Assembly (NCBI GenBank): GCA_964619725.1
Contig: CAZUFC010000055.1
Location: forward strand, 22,061 to 52,018
DNA from: an uncultured bacterium
Lineage (GTDB): Bacteria; CSSED10-310; CAZUFC01
Length of the DNA stretch: 29,958 nucleotides
Reading direction: 5' to 3'
Shown: piece after piece, positions 8,557 to 19,019 of the stretch
How the letters are laid out: the number at the start of each line of letters is the position of its first letter
Numbering within the stretch: position 1 is the stretch's first letter
Notes under the pieces: model-generated
What the model was told of the DNA's origin: nothing
The model's database searches: none
What the model saw: the letters and a program-made list of their open reading frames with translations, nothing else
Program-made: the position numbers and the translations under genes

Positions 8557-11028
8557 TTACAGGAAATTGTCCGATGCGCCGGTTCCGGGCGAGGACAGAA
8601 CGGTGTCTTCAGGTTTCGGTTCTTTGAAAACGAGATCATCTTCATCGAGTTCTACAACAATGAGACCTGACTGTATGAAACGACCTTTCAAACGTTCTTC
8701 GGCCAGCGGGTCTTCTATATAATTCTTTATGGTTCTCTTTATGGGACGTGCGCCCAACTCCGGTTCGAATCCCTTTTTCAGGAGCCATTCTTTCGCTTCC
8801 TTCGTAACTTCGATTTCCAATCCGAGATGCTCAACCTGCCGATTAAGCCGCCGGATTTGAAGATCGATAATATCTCGAATGTGTTCACGATTCAAGGCAT
8901 GGAAAACGATTAATTCGTCCAGGCGGTTCAGAAATTCGGGATTGAATGTCCGCTTTACTTCGCTCATTATAGTTTCTTTCATCTTCTTGTAATCCAGCGC
9001 GCCGGTCTGAACGCCGAATCCCATGGAAGTGTTTCTTCTGATCAGGCGGGCTCCAATGTTGCTCGTCATTATTATGATGGTGTTCTTGAAGTTGACCAGT
9101 CGTCCCATGCTGTCCGTCAGATGCCCATCTTCCATTACCTGGAGCAGAATATTGAACACGTCCGTATTGGCCTTTTCTATCTCATCCAGGAGTATAACGG
9201 AATAGGGCTTCCTTCTTACCTGCTCGGTCAACTGTCCGCCTTCTCCATACCCGACATAGCCGGGAGGCGAACCCACCAGCCTGGATACGGAATGCTTCTC
9301 CATGAATTCAGACATATCGATTCTTATAATCGCCTTCTCGTCGCCAAACATGAATTCCGCCAGCGTGCGGCCCAGCTCCGTTTTGCCCACTCCCGTAGGA
9401 CCTAAAAACAGAAAAGAACCGATAGGTTTTTTGATCTCCTTCAAACCTGTCCGGGCTCTTCGAATAGCCTTGGAGACAGCCGTAATAGCTTCGTCCTGCC
9501 CCACTATGCGGTTGTGCAGATTCTCCTCCATCTCCAGAAGCCTGGCCGTTTCTTCCTCTTCCAGTCGTCTCAAAGGCACTCCTGCCCACTTCGAAACCAC
9601 GTAAGCCACATCCTCCTTCGTCACTAAAACTTCCTTCGTAAATTGCGTCTCGCGCCATTTGCCCTTCATCCGCTCAAAATCGAACTGCAACCGGTTCTTT
9701 CTTTCCCGTAACTTGGTGACTTCATTGAAGTTGTTGGATTTCAATGCATCGTTGATCAGACTTTCGTACCGGCGCAACTCTTCCTCATAATTCTTCAAAT
9801 TTAAAGGCAGCTTCATGGCTTCCAAACGCACCCGGCTTCCCGCTTCATCAATGACGTCAATGGCTTTGTCAGGCAAGTTCCTGTCAGTAATGTACTGCTC
9901 CGCCAGATTAACCGCATGCACTATAGCTTCCTCCGTATAGTGCGATTTGTGATGATCTTCATATTTGTGCTTTAATCCCCGGATGATTTCTATGGTTTCA
10001 TCAAGCGAAGGTTCGTCCACTTTAATAGTCTGAAAACGCCTTTCCAATGCTCCGTCTTTTTCGATATGTTTTCTGTATTCGTCCATAGTGGTCGCGCCGA
10101 TACATTGAATTTCACCTCTTGATAACGCGGGTTTCAGCATGTTGGAGGCATCAATCGAGCCTTCGGCGGCTCCGGCTCCGACCAAAGTATGAATCTCATC
10201 AATGAATATGATTACTTCGTCGGATTTCTGAAGTTCCTTGATAACCGTCTGCAGTCGTTCCTCAAATTGTCCTCTGTATTTAGTGCCGGCGACGAGAGCG
10301 GCCAGGTCCAGCGTTACGATTCTTTTGGAGTTTAAAATTTCCGGAATTTCAGCGCTTACGATGTTCTGAGCCAATCCTTCCACAATAGCAGTCTTTCCCA
10401 CGCCCGGTTCACCGATTAATACAGGATTGTTCTTGGTTCTTCGACACAGTATCTGTATCATCCGCTCAATTTCATCTTCCCGTCCTATGATCGGGTCCAG
10501 CTTGCCGGCGCTTGCATACTCGGTCAGATCACGTCCGAAAGAGTCCAGTACCGGAGTTTTGGAATATTCCTTGGCCCCTTTGGCTGGGGTCGATCCCAGC
10601 AGTTCGTAAACGATTTTCTTGGCGGTAGAAAATTCCACCCGGAAATCCCGCAGAACCTTACCGGCCCTTCCTTCGCCTTCTCTGATCAAAGCCAGCAACA
10701 GATGCTCGGTACCCACATAATTGTGACCCATGTTCTTCGACTCATATATTGCCGTGGCCAAAACCTTCTTGGCTAGATCAGTAAAAGGTATCTCATGCTT
10801 CCTGTAACCGAGTTGCGTGCCTTTAAAAATATGTTTTTCTATATGTCGTTGTATGTTTGCAGGATCGATATCCATCTTCAGCAGAATCCTGATACCCATC
10901 CCTGTTCCTTCCTTTATCATGCCCAACAACAGATGCTCCGTATCCAGCGCATCATGATGCAGACGTTCAGCTTCAGCTTTGCCGTACGCAATTACTTTTC
11001 TTGCTCTTTCCGTAAATTTTTCAAACAT
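8557..11028 (-). CDS. clpC: ATP-dependent Clp protease ATP-binding subunit ClpC
   Basis: [13 protein letters not shown]-domain, two Walker A motifs ([16 protein letters not shown]), short middle coiled coil, MGF ClpP-binding loop; 823 aa. Confidence 0.93.
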   Translation of the reverse strand: MFEKFTERARKVIAYGKAEAERLHHDALDTEHLLLGMIKEGTGMGIRILLKMDIDPANIQRHIEKHIFKGTQLGYRKHEIPFTDLAKKVLATAIYESKNMGHNYVGTEHLLLALIREGEGRAGKVLRDFRVEFSTAKKIVYELLGSTPAKGAKEYSKTPVLDSFGRDLTEYASAGKLDPIIGREDEIERMIQILCRRTKNNPVLIGEPGVGKTAIVEGLAQNIVSAEIPEILNSKRIVTLDLAALVAGTKYRGQFEERLQTVIKELQKSDEVIIFIDEIHTLVGAGAAEGSIDASNMLKPALSRGEIQCIGATTMDEYRKHIEKDGALERRFQTIKVDEPSLDETIEIIRGLKHKYEDHHKSHYTEEAIVHAVNLAEQYITDRNLPDKAIDVIDEAGSRVRLEAMKLPLNLKNYEEELRRYESLINDALKSNNFNEVTKLRERKNRLQFDFERMKGKWRETQFTKEVLVTKEDVAYVVSKWAGVPLRRLEEEETARLLEMEENLHNRIVGQDEAITAVSKAIRRARTGLKEIKKPIGSFLFLGPTGVGKTELGRTLAEFMFGDEKAIIRIDMSEFMEKHSVSRLVGSPPGYVGYGEGGQLTEQVRRKPYSVILLDEIEKANTDVFNILLQVMEDGHLTDSMGRLVNFKNTIIIMTSNIGARLIRRNTSMGFGVQTGALDYKKMKETIMSEVKRTFNPEFLNRLDELIVFHALNREHIRDIIDLQIRRLNRQVEHLGLEIEVTKEAKEWLLKKGFEPELGARPIKRTIKNYIEDPLAEERLKGRFIQSGLIVVELDEDDLVFKEPKPEDTVLSSPGTGASDNFL

Positions 11029-11740
11029 TTCGACGGACCTCCTCCGTCATCTTTAGGCTCGGACAGTAAATTTTTCCATCTTCCATTTTTAACATTCTAT
11101 CAGCCCGTTCAGCCAATTCTTCATTATGAGTTACCACAATGCAGGTCAGTTTCCGTTTCCGGATAACCTCCCTTATTAAATTATGTATGGTGGAACTGGT
11201 GCGTTTGTCAAGATTACCCGTCGGTTCATCCGCTAAAAGTACCCTGGGCTCCGTCGCCAAAGCCCTGGCCAGGGCCGTCCTCTGCTGTTCTCCGCCGGAC
11301 AATTCGCCGGGTTTGTGGTGAAGCCTGTTTTCCAGTCCCAACTCGATCAACAATTCTTTCGCCTTTTTTTCCGCCAGTTTCCTGGACTTTCTGCCGATTA
11401 AAACCGGCAGCATGGCGTTTTCCAAAGCCGTAAATTCCGGCAATAAATGATGAAATTGAAACACGAATCCTATGTGAGTATTTCTGAAATCAGACAACTG
11501 ATCGCCGGATAATCGGCTCGTTTCCCGGTTGTTTATTTGAATGGAGCCGTCCGTAGGCTGCTCCAGCAAACCCAGCAAATGTAAAAACGTGCTCTTCCCC
11601 ACTCCGGAATCGCCTACTATCGAAACCATCTCTCCTTCTTCAATGCTTAAATCTATTCCCGTTAGGACTTCCACCTTATGTGTTCCGACATGATATTCTT
11701 TTTTCAAATTTTCTACGCGTATCATGCTTTCTTTATTCAT
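11021..11740 (-). CDS. lolD: Lipoprotein-releasing ABC transporter ATPase
   Basis: GDSGVGKS, FQFHHLLPEFTALEN, LSGGEQQR, DEPTGNLD. Confidence 0.92.
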   Translation of the reverse strand: MNKESMIRVENLKKEYHVGTHKVEVLTGIDLSIEEGEMVSIVGDSGVGKSTFLHLLGLLEQPTDGSIQINNRETSRLSGDQLSDFRNTHIGFVFQFHHLLPEFTALENAMLPVLIGRKSRKLAEKKAKELLIELGLENRLHHKPGELSGGEQQRTALARALATEPRVLLADEPTGNLDKRTSSTIHNLIREVIRKRKLTCIVVTHNEELAERADRMLKMEDGKIYCPSLKMTEEVRRNV

Positions 11741-12986
11741 AACGGATCGCCTCAGCGGGGTTCAGACAGGAAGCCTTCCAGGAAGGATACAATGTAGCGG
11801 CAAATGAAATCCCTAATGATGCGCAACAAATAATGACGACATCCGTCAGCTTGATCTTGAACGGAAGGTAGGACAAGTAATAAACGTCGCCCTCCAGGGT
11901 TATCAACCTGGTGGCGTCCGCAAACCAGCATACGGCCAGCCCCAGGCTTCCGCCTATGATCGTGCCGACGATCCCGATAATTATGCCTTCCATTAAAAAA
12001 ATAAGTAAAATGCTTTTCTTTCTCGCCCCCAGGGACATTAAAATTCCTATGTCCTTATGCTTTTCCATCACCATCATGGTCAATGTTCCTATAATATTGA
12101 ATGCAGCAACGAAAACGATCAGGGCCAGAATGATGAACATTACTATTTTCTCCAGTTTTAAAGCTGAAAAAAAAGTTTTATTCATTTCCATCCAATCTCG
12201 TACCCAGTAGTTCAGTCCTACTTTCTGCTGCACGATATCGGCAATGCGGTCGGCTTCAAATATATCAGTGACTTTCACTTCAAATCCCCTGGGTGCGCCG
12301 GTCAGTCTCAGCGCTTTTTCAGCTTCCCCTATACTTATATATGCCATTGTGGAGTCAAAATCAAACATTCCAGACTCAAAAATGCCGACGACCTTGAATT
12401 CTTTTGAGCGGGGAACGGCGCCGGCCGGTGAGATTCTGCCTCCCGGAATAATGATGTTGAGCCTGTCATAAAGCGATGCCGCCAGAGACCTGGCCAGTTC
12501 CCTGCCCAGGATGATGCCGGGTTCCGTTCCCTTTTCCAGGTCGCTCAAACGCCCCTCCCGCATGTAACGCTCCAGGTCGACGACTTCGCCTACTCGCCTG
12601 GGATCAATTCCCTTCAACACAATGCCATCGGAATGACGTCCCCTGTTGATCAATACTTTCGAGTAAATGAAGGGCGCCGCGCCGACGACGCCTTCAATTG
12701 TTTTCAGGTCGTCCATGACCGCTTCTTCGTCCGCTTCCCCGTTCGCTGCCAGTCCCCCGGACTTTAACGCCATTATATGAGAATTCGTTCCGAGCATCTT
12801 TTCCCGGAATTCCTGCTCAAAGCCGCTCATCACCGCAATGACAGTGATAAGAGCGAAAACGCCCAGCGCCACGCCCGCCATGGATATGAACGTCACCACC
12901 GAAACGATGACGTTTTTGCGCTTCGCTTTTAAATATTTCGTACTGATCAGAAGTTCATAAAATGTCGTCTTCAACTCTGCTTCCAC
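11733..12986 (-). CDS. lolC: Lipoprotein-releasing ABC transporter permease (LolC/E family)
   Basis: N-terminal TM helix followed by AVMSGF, VAAFNII, YPSWKA..PAEAIRYE. Start is GTG 12986 or TTG 12974. Confidence 0.9.
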   Translation of the reverse strand: MEAELKTTFYELLISTKYLKAKRKNVIVSVVTFISMAGVALGVFALITVIAVMSGFEQEFREKMLGTNSHIMALKSGGLAANGEADEEAVMDDLKTIEGVVGAAPFIYSKVLINRGRHSDGIVLKGIDPRRVGEVVDLERYMREGRLSDLEKGTEPGIILGRELARSLAASLYDRLNIIIPGGRISPAGAVPRSKEFKVVGIFESGMFDFDSTMAYISIGEAEKALRLTGAPRGFEVKVTDIFEADRIADIVQQKVGLNYWVRDWMEMNKTFFSALKLEKIVMFIILALIVFVAAFNIIGTLTMMVMEKHKDIGILMSLGARKKSILLIFLMEGIIIGIVGTIIGGSLGLAVCWFADATRLITLEGDVYYLSYLPFKIKLTDVVIICCASLGISFAATLYPSWKASCLNPAEAIRYE

Positions 12987-14063
12987 CTCAGATAACTCTC
13001 GACGAATCCATGCAAGTCTCCGTCCAGAACAGCATCCACGTTTCCCGTTTCCTCACCCGTCCGGTGATCCTTTATCAACCTGTAAGGATGCAACACATAC
13101 GACCGAACCTGACTCCCCCAGGCTATCTCCTTCTTCTCCTGGTGCAACTTGTCACGCTCAGCCTCCATCTCCTTCATCTTCAGATCATACAGCCGGGAAC
13201 GCAGCACTTTCATCGCCACTTCCCTGTTCCTGTGCTGCGAACGCTCATTCTGACATTGAACCGTTATCCCTGTAGGAATATGCGTTATCCTTACCGCAGA
13301 ATCCGTCACGTTGACGTGCTGACCGCCCGCTCCGCTGGCCCGATAAGTGTCTATGCGCAACTCATTAGGCTCTATGTCGATCTCCACGTCATCGGAAATC
13401 TCAGGAACCACGAAAACGGAAGCAAATGACGTATGCCGCCGATGATTCGCATCATACGGCGATAATCTTACCAAACGATGCACGCCCGTTTCCGATTTTA
13501 AATGTCCGTATGCATACAAACCCTCGGCCAAAAAAGCAGCGCTCTTTATCCCCGCTTCCTCTCCATGCTGATAATCCAAATACTGAACCCGGTAATCCTG
13601 CTCCTCGCAATATCGCGTATACATCCGCAGCAGCATCTCAGCCCAATCCTGCGATTCCGTTCCTCCCGCTCCCGGATTAATCGATACGATCGCATTCTTC
13701 GGGTCCTCCTTGCCGCTTAACTTCATCTGAAGATCATATTTCTCATATTCCTTTACGAATCTCCGGTAATTCTCTTCCAGCTCCTCCTTCAACGAAGGCT
13801 CCTCCTCGCATAACTCCACTAAAGCCTCCAGGTCCTCCAGCTTGCTGAAAAATTCCTCCCAACGCGATACCGAGTCCTTCAGATCAGATAAATTCTTCAT
13901 CACTGTCTGCGCATTCTCCTGATCCTCCCAGAACTCACTCCGGCTCGTCTCACGCTCTATTTTCTCTATCTCCTTCTTTTTCGCATCTATGTCAAAGATA
14001 ACCTCGTATATTCAGAAGTCCTTCCCGAAATTCACCGATTTTATCTAAAATTTCTACATTCAT
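12971..14063 (-). CDS. prfB: Peptide chain release factor 2 (programmed +1 frameshift, about 363 aa)
   Basis: GGQ and SPY (SPF-type) motifs. Upstream 23-codon frame MNVEILDKIGEFREGLLNIRGYL ends in CTT TGA C and continues in the +1 frame. Confidence 0.96.
13991..14006 (-). promoter_or_regulatory. prfB autoregulatory frameshift site
   Basis: Minus strand reads CGAGGT TAT CTT TGA C: internal SD-like sequence plus the slippery CTT-TGA-C. Confidence 0.93.
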
Positions 14064-14284
14064 AATGCGCTTCCTTTCTCTTCAGATAAAAATAAAAAAT
14101 GTAGCTTGTTTCCGGTACCTGAAAAAAATGCCGTATGCATCCCTAAGACTGAACACCGCACCCGCTCCCTACCCTACATCAATTCATTGATTTATTCAAC
14201 AATTGCATTTTCAAGATCAAAGCGTCCTCTTCCCATCCTGCTTCGCAAAAATTTTCCGGCGCTGAACCGCCCTTAACGGCAGCT

Positions 14285-15880
14285 CTAATTACCGTTTCCG
14301 GAAACGTCGGATCGACTTTTCGCCTGCAGGACGATCGATCCAAGTTCCAAACATAACAGAAAAAGGCAAATTTGGCCAAACAAATTGCCGTATTTCGTGA
14401 AAAAGGTTTGATGATTAAAGGCTGATGAAGGCATCCTGATATCCCTGGTCAAAGCAGCCGTCTGAAAAAGTTCCGTTCTTTCAAGTATCCGTCCTGCAGC
14501 ATTGAAATAACCAGAAATGCCGGTGTTGGCGACCCTTATGACAGGCGTTCGATTTTCCACGGCACGGAAAACGGTCATGGAAAAATGCTGGTAGGGACCG
14601 GAACTGTCGCCGAACCAGGTGTCGTTCGTCAGGTTAACCAGAAATTCTGCTCCGTTTTTCTTGAATTTTCTCACGAGGTTCGAAAATGCGGTTTCATAAC
14701 AGATATAGGCGCTGAAGGAAAACCGGGGCGTCTCGAAAACAACGTAATCGTCTCCCGGAGCGACATCACCCTCCAGAACAGTTATTTTTTCCACGAAAAA
14801 GAGCAATTTCCTCAAGGGCACATACTCGCCGAAAGGAACCAGGTGAATCTTATGGTAAGTATCTGCAATTTCACCTTCCGGGGAGATCAGCACAGCCGAA
14901 TTATAATGCCGGTTTTCTTTATCCCGGTCGGGCGTACCTGTCAGCAGCCAGGTTTCGGTGTTTTTTATTACATTATTCACAGCCTGCTTCATAGAAACAT
15001 TTTGTTCGTATTGATAAGCGGAGCCGTACCGATAGTAAAAAGGAGTCGCGGATTCCGGCCATACGATCAATGCCGGTTCTTCCTTCAATATTTTCCGAGT
15101 CTCGGTAATGTATTTTTTAACAATGTCATAACGATATTTTGGGTCCCATTTTTTATCCTGGTCTATGGCGCCCTGAACAATGCCGATTTTGATCCGCTTG
15201 CCTTCTGCGGTTCCGTCGAATTGCCGCAATCTCATAATCCCGTATCCATATATCGCCAGAAAACAAACCGCGGCTAAGCCGGCGAAAATGGACTTCCGCT
15301 TTTTCGCGCTGCCCCATTCCGTAAAGAAGACTTCAAAAATGCACGAATTCACCAGGACAATCAGGAAAGTCAGGCCGTAAACCCCCGTCAATTCAGCGAT
15401 TTGAACCAACGGCAGGGAGGCATACTGACTGTAACCCAGCGAATTCCACGGAAAGCCTGTCAGCATTATCGCACGGGCGTATTCTGCGCCGGTCCACGCA
15501 ACAGGAAGACTCAACGCGAACGGTATGTTCTTTTTCCGCAGAAACTCCGCTGCCCACATCGCCAGGGCGGGATACAGGGAAAGGTACAGAGTCAGCAGCA
15601 ATAGAGCGACCGCGCTGAGTAGTTTCGACATACCGCCGTAATTTATCATGGTTTCCGTGATCCATGACAAAGAACAGGTAAAATAAATGAGAGCGGCAAT
15701 AAAAGCTTTCGGGAAAACCTTTTTCTGGTAATCATTCCGGATGGATATCAGAACCGGGACCAATGCAAACCAGGCTAAAAAGCTTAAATTCGCCCTGGGA
15801 AAACTCAAACAAAGCATGATGCCTGAAAAAACCGGCCCCAGCCATTCGATATAAATGCGCCTTCCCTTTTTAATGCTCAT
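14285..15880 (-). CDS. lnt: Apolipoprotein N-acyltransferase
   Basis: GFPW, WPESA, K.HLVPFGEY, ICYE (E-K-C triad), TNDTWF, multiple TM helices. Confidence 0.95.
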   Translation of the reverse strand: MSIKKGRRIYIEWLGPVFSGIMLCLSFPRANLSFLAWFALVPVLISIRNDYQKKVFPKAFIAALIYFTCSLSWITETMINYGGMSKLLSAVALLLLTLYLSLYPALAMWAAEFLRKKNIPFALSLPVAWTGAEYARAIMLTGFPWNSLGYSQYASLPLVQIAELTGVYGLTFLIVLVNSCIFEVFFTEWGSAKKRKSIFAGLAAVCFLAIYGYGIMRLRQFDGTAEGKRIKIGIVQGAIDQDKKWDPKYRYDIVKKYITETRKILKEEPALIVWPESATPFYYRYGSAYQYEQNVSMKQAVNNVIKNTETWLLTGTPDRDKENRHYNSAVLISPEGEIADTYHKIHLVPFGEYVPLRKLLFFVEKITVLEGDVAPGDDYVVFETPRFSFSAYICYETAFSNLVRKFKKNGAEFLVNLTNDTWFGDSSGPYQHFSMTVFRAVENRTPVIRVANTGISGYFNAAGRILERTELFQTAALTRDIRMPSSAFNHQTFFTKYGNLFGQICLFLLCLELGSIVLQAKSRSDVSGNGN

Positions 15881-16508
15881 TTTCCTTCACATGCTCAAGC
15901 GCAGTCTTCCATCGGAAATCAGGCGACCGGTTTTTCGTATGACAACGTATGCATCGCTTCCTTATCTCGCATATTCGGCATATTTCTTCCTGAAGCTCCA
16001 TTGCGTAAACGTCTTCATTGCCGGCGCCCGAACCTTCCGATTCGTCATAAAGTCCCGCATGCAAGCCTTTCGGACCATGGCAAGCCTCGCATTGAATTCC
16101 CTTTTCCCCCTGTCCGCTTCTCATCTCATCATATCCCGCCGTATGACACCTCCTGCAACCGGATGCGCCGGCAAAACAGGAATCCTCCTCCGCGTTCAAA
16201 AGCTCACCCGCACTGCTGTGAACTCCCTTTTTCCAACTTAAGAAGGTCTCTTCATGACACCGCTTACATTCAACCGCACCTGCATAGCATAAATGCTTTC
16301 CATTTTCAACCAGAGGCTGAAAGTTCAGAGAAGATTCGCCCTCTGCAGCAATCGACGCTTCATCTTCAGAAAGCGAAGAACGCTTTGCAACAGGAAGACA
16401 GGCAAGCAAAAATAAAACGACAAATGCCGTCGTATAGGAGCAAAAACGAACCTTTCTGAATTTTTTTACAACTCCCGGAAAAAGTCCGAAATTCAGTTTA
16501 ATCACCAT
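15870..16508 (-). CDS. Multiheme (tetraheme) c-type cytochrome, c554-like, probable lipoprotein
   Basis: Four CXXCH motifs (CKRCH, CRRCH, CEACH, CIRCH); hydrophobic stretch ending LLAC. Start codon uncertain. Confidence 0.8.
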   Translation of the reverse strand: MVIKLNFGLFPGVVKKFRKVRFCSYTTAFVVLFLLACLPVAKRSSLSEDEASIAAEGESSLNFQPLVENGKHLCYAGAVECKRCHEETFLSWKKGVHSSAGELLNAEEDSCFAGASGCRRCHTAGYDEMRSGQGEKGIQCEACHGPKGLHAGLYDESEGSGAGNEDVYAMELQEEICRICEIRKRCIRCHTKNRSPDFRWKTALEHVKENEH

Positions 16509-16528
16509 ATCTCAGTATTTTACATCAT

Positions 16529-16708
16529 TGGGACTGATCAAATCGTGGTTGTACTTCTTTCAAAACGTTTGACAGTTTTTTTCAGTAATCGGGATCGGTA
16601 TCGTGAGCGGTATCGGGGTCGGGGTCGCAATCGGGGTCGAAATATAAACAACATGATGCGAGATTCTGCAGAATTGTAATCTAAAAAGACGCTCTTTTGA
16701 TCAATGCC
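16529..16708. repeat. Dispersed repeat family 2, copy A (180 bp, 10 internal hexamers)
   Basis: TGGGACTGA...TTTCAAAAC.TTTGACAG..TTCAGTAATC(GGGATC-like)n...GAATTGTAA...TTTTGATCAATGCC; colinear with 17403-17558. Confidence 0.9.
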
Positions 16709-16974
16709 ACAGCATTTATCGTTCATAAATACAGAAATGCGAGCCAATAAAAGCCCGCAACCGTTTATGTCAACCGCCCATGTCCATATCAGGAAAAGGG
16801 CAGTTTATTTGAGTTTTTACATTATGTAATGCAGAAGCATCACCCGCCGTCCCTATGCCTTGACTTTCCGGTTCATGACTCAATGCTGAAACAAATGAAA
16901 GCTCAGCTCGACACTCCCTGTCTCATGAACTCATTTTTAACTCGCCATTTCCGGGCGGACAGGCAATGCATGCA

Positions 16975-17202
16975 TTAAACGGCTTCGACTTCCAGTTCAG
17001 GAGAAACTTCTCTCCTGAGAAATCTCTCTACGCCGAACTTAAGAGTCATCTGGGCTCCGGGGCAGCCGCTGCAGGCTCCCTGCAGTTTTACCTTAACCTT
17101 ATTATCGACCACGTCAACCAACGAAATGTCGCCTCCGTCCATCTGCAGTTGAGGTCTGATCTTGTCGATCGTTTCTTCGATTTTTTTTCGATCCAGGGCC
17201 AT
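16975..17202 (-). CDS. NifU C-terminal / Nfu-type Fe-S cluster carrier
   Basis: IRPQLQMDGGD and GACSGCP motifs; AGGAGG 8 nt before ATG 17202; 75 aa. Confidence 0.93.
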   Translation of the reverse strand: MALDRKKIEETIDKIRPQLQMDGGDISLVDVVDNKVKVKLQGACSGCPGAQMTLKFGVERFLRREVSPELEVEAV

Positions 17203-17402
17203 TTTCATTACCTCCTTCCCTCCTAGAGTCTCTAAAGAAATACACAAATTAAAGCTTTTTGCAAGCTATTTTTGTGATCTCATGCGGATTGAAGCGGAAT
17301 TCACCTTTCCAACCCGTCATTATTATTGATGCCGGAATCGCAAAAGGGATTCTTGGATACCGGGAATAGCGGCATTGCCGTTGTAGTGATGATAAACCGG
17401 GG

Positions 17403-17630
17403 TGGGACTGACCAAACAAGGGTTTAACTTTTTTCAAAACTTTTGACAGTTTGTTTCAGTAATCGGGATCGGGATCGCAACCGGGATAGAAATCGAAACA
17501 AAATAACGGCATATTCTGTCGAATTGTAACCTCAAAGGACGCTTTTTTGATCAATGCCGCCGGGGTTACACTTGTTTCAAAACGTTCGACAGTCAGCTTC
17601 AGTAATCCGGGATCGGTACCGGGTTCGCAA
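17403..17630. repeat. Dispersed repeat family 2, copy B (17403-17558, 6 hexamers) plus truncated tandem copy C (about 17563-17630)
   Basis: Same blocks as copy A. TTTCAAAAC recurs at 17432 and 17575 (period 143). Confidence 0.88.
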
Positions 17631-17819
17631 CAATCATTCTCCAGGATTCGTCATACAGCAACATCCAGTTTACTTTCCAGTTGATATCTGATACTTTTTT
17701 CTCGAGTCGGAACAGGATAGCGGTTTCCCCGGTTTTGGATGCATTCCCGGTTCCGACAAACCACGTGCAGCATTCAGACGTCTGAAGGCGACTTGCTTAA
17801 TCTATCCAGGCGATTCATT

Positions 17820-18116
17820 ATGCTCAATTTTACCCCGAAAAATAAACTTACGGATTCTGAAAACAGGCCATATTTTTTGTGGGACATGGATATTACTCTG
17901 GAAAAGTTCCAGGTCCTGTTGCGGCATCCGGATAGAAAAATACGCGCCTATATGATCGCCAAGCTTCTGCGGCAGGCGAAACCCGACGATGTATTCCAGT
18001 TCATTGAATTGAAAGATATAACGGAAAACTGGTCCGCAATTGATAAGCACCTGGGCAAATCGAGGGAATTCTGGAAATGGCTGCTTGAACAATGGGGGCA
18101 AAAAATTGAGCGATAA
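17820..18116 (+). CDS. Small protein, putative antitoxin or partner of the AbiEii-type nucleotidyltransferase
   Basis: 98 aa, RPYFLWD motif and Trp-rich C-terminus; overlaps the next gene. Role inferred from position. Confidence 0.65.
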   Translation: MLNFTPKNKLTDSENRPYFLWDMDITLEKFQVLLRHPDRKIRAYMIAKLLRQAKPDDVFQFIELKDITENWSAIDKHLGKSREFWKWLLEQWGQKIER

Positions 18117-18771
18117 AAGCAAATTATCAGAATTGCAAAGGAACATCCTGAAGTCTCTGTCCGATATTGAACCTCAATGGACTCTCGTCGGCGGGGCGGC
18201 TCTTATACATAAAAATTTAAGTCAAAGGACCACAAAAGACCTTAATTTGTACTGGCGGGAAGCAGTCGATTTACAACTTCTGACGAAAGATATCCGGACG
18301 GCGCTGGAGCATGACGGATTCTCTGCCGAAATCATACAACGCAGCGTAAATTTCGGCAGGTTGAGAATATCAAAAGGAAATGCCGTTTTGACGCTTGATG
18401 TCATCGTTGATTTGACTCCCCCTTCGGAACCTGATGAAGAAACGACCCTGGACGGAGTAAAAATAAAAACAGCCGGCAAACATGAAATATTCGTCAATAA
18501 GCTGTGTTCTTTATTAGGTCGGTCTGAAATACGGGACCTTCTAGATGTGAAGGCGCTGATTCAAGCCGGTTTGGATTTAAAATCAGCTCTGGCGGATGCT
18601 GCAAAACAGGATGCCGGTTTTTCTCCGTTAACCCTGGTCTGGGTATTGAAAAACTTGGAAATAATGCGTCTGGGCGAATTTTCAGGAATGTCCGAAAAGG
18701 AAATCAAAGAATTGGATGAATTCCGTGATAATCTCATTCGTCGGATTCTTCGTATAAGTCACCCCGCCTAG
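18106..18771 (+). CDS. AbiEii/AbiGii-family nucleotidyltransferase toxin
   Basis: LVGGAAL...RTTKDLNL and NKL..LLGRSEIRDLLD motifs. TTG start at 18106 overlaps the upstream gene; the ORF track starts at 18040. Confidence 0.8.
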   Translation: MSDKSKLSELQRNILKSLSDIEPQWTLVGGAALIHKNLSQRTTKDLNLYWREAVDLQLLTKDIRTALEHDGFSAEIIQRSVNFGRLRISKGNAVLTLDVIVDLTPPSEPDEETTLDGVKIKTAGKHEIFVNKLCSLLGRSEIRDLLDVKALIQAGLDLKSALADAAKQDAGFSPLTLVWVLKNLEIMRLGEFSGMSEKEIKELDEFRDNLIRRILRISHPA

Positions 18772-19019
18772 TCGCATTTCTGATACAAAATCGTAATGAG
18801 AGCGTTCAGAATCTTCAGATTCAAGCGTAGCGGACTGCAGGAATGGGGAAACACAGCAGGGCTATATTGATTTACATAAATTTTTTATAACTGCTTTTGT
18901 TATTTCGTCACACATTTCACAATTTTTTAAAAGTCAATGTCAGTAGATGTGAAATTTAATGCCCTTGAACAGACGTATTGAAGGCCGTTGACTTTTAACG
19001 AATGTTCTTCAGAAGTCCT

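Noticed and set aside
13904-14063. prfB as a truncated gene or pseudogene
   Set aside because: The in-frame TGA is the well-known programmed +1 frameshift.
16538-16747. Arg-rich 69-aa ORF (RPRLRPRPRYRSRYRSR)
   Set aside because: It is the translation of the hexamer tract in repeat family 2.
18802-18840. Possible decayed copy of the terminal repeat (GTTCAGAAT...GACTGCAG) after the toxin gene
   Set aside because: Only two short word matches, with no heptamer arms or hairpin; cannot be separated from chance without a profile search.
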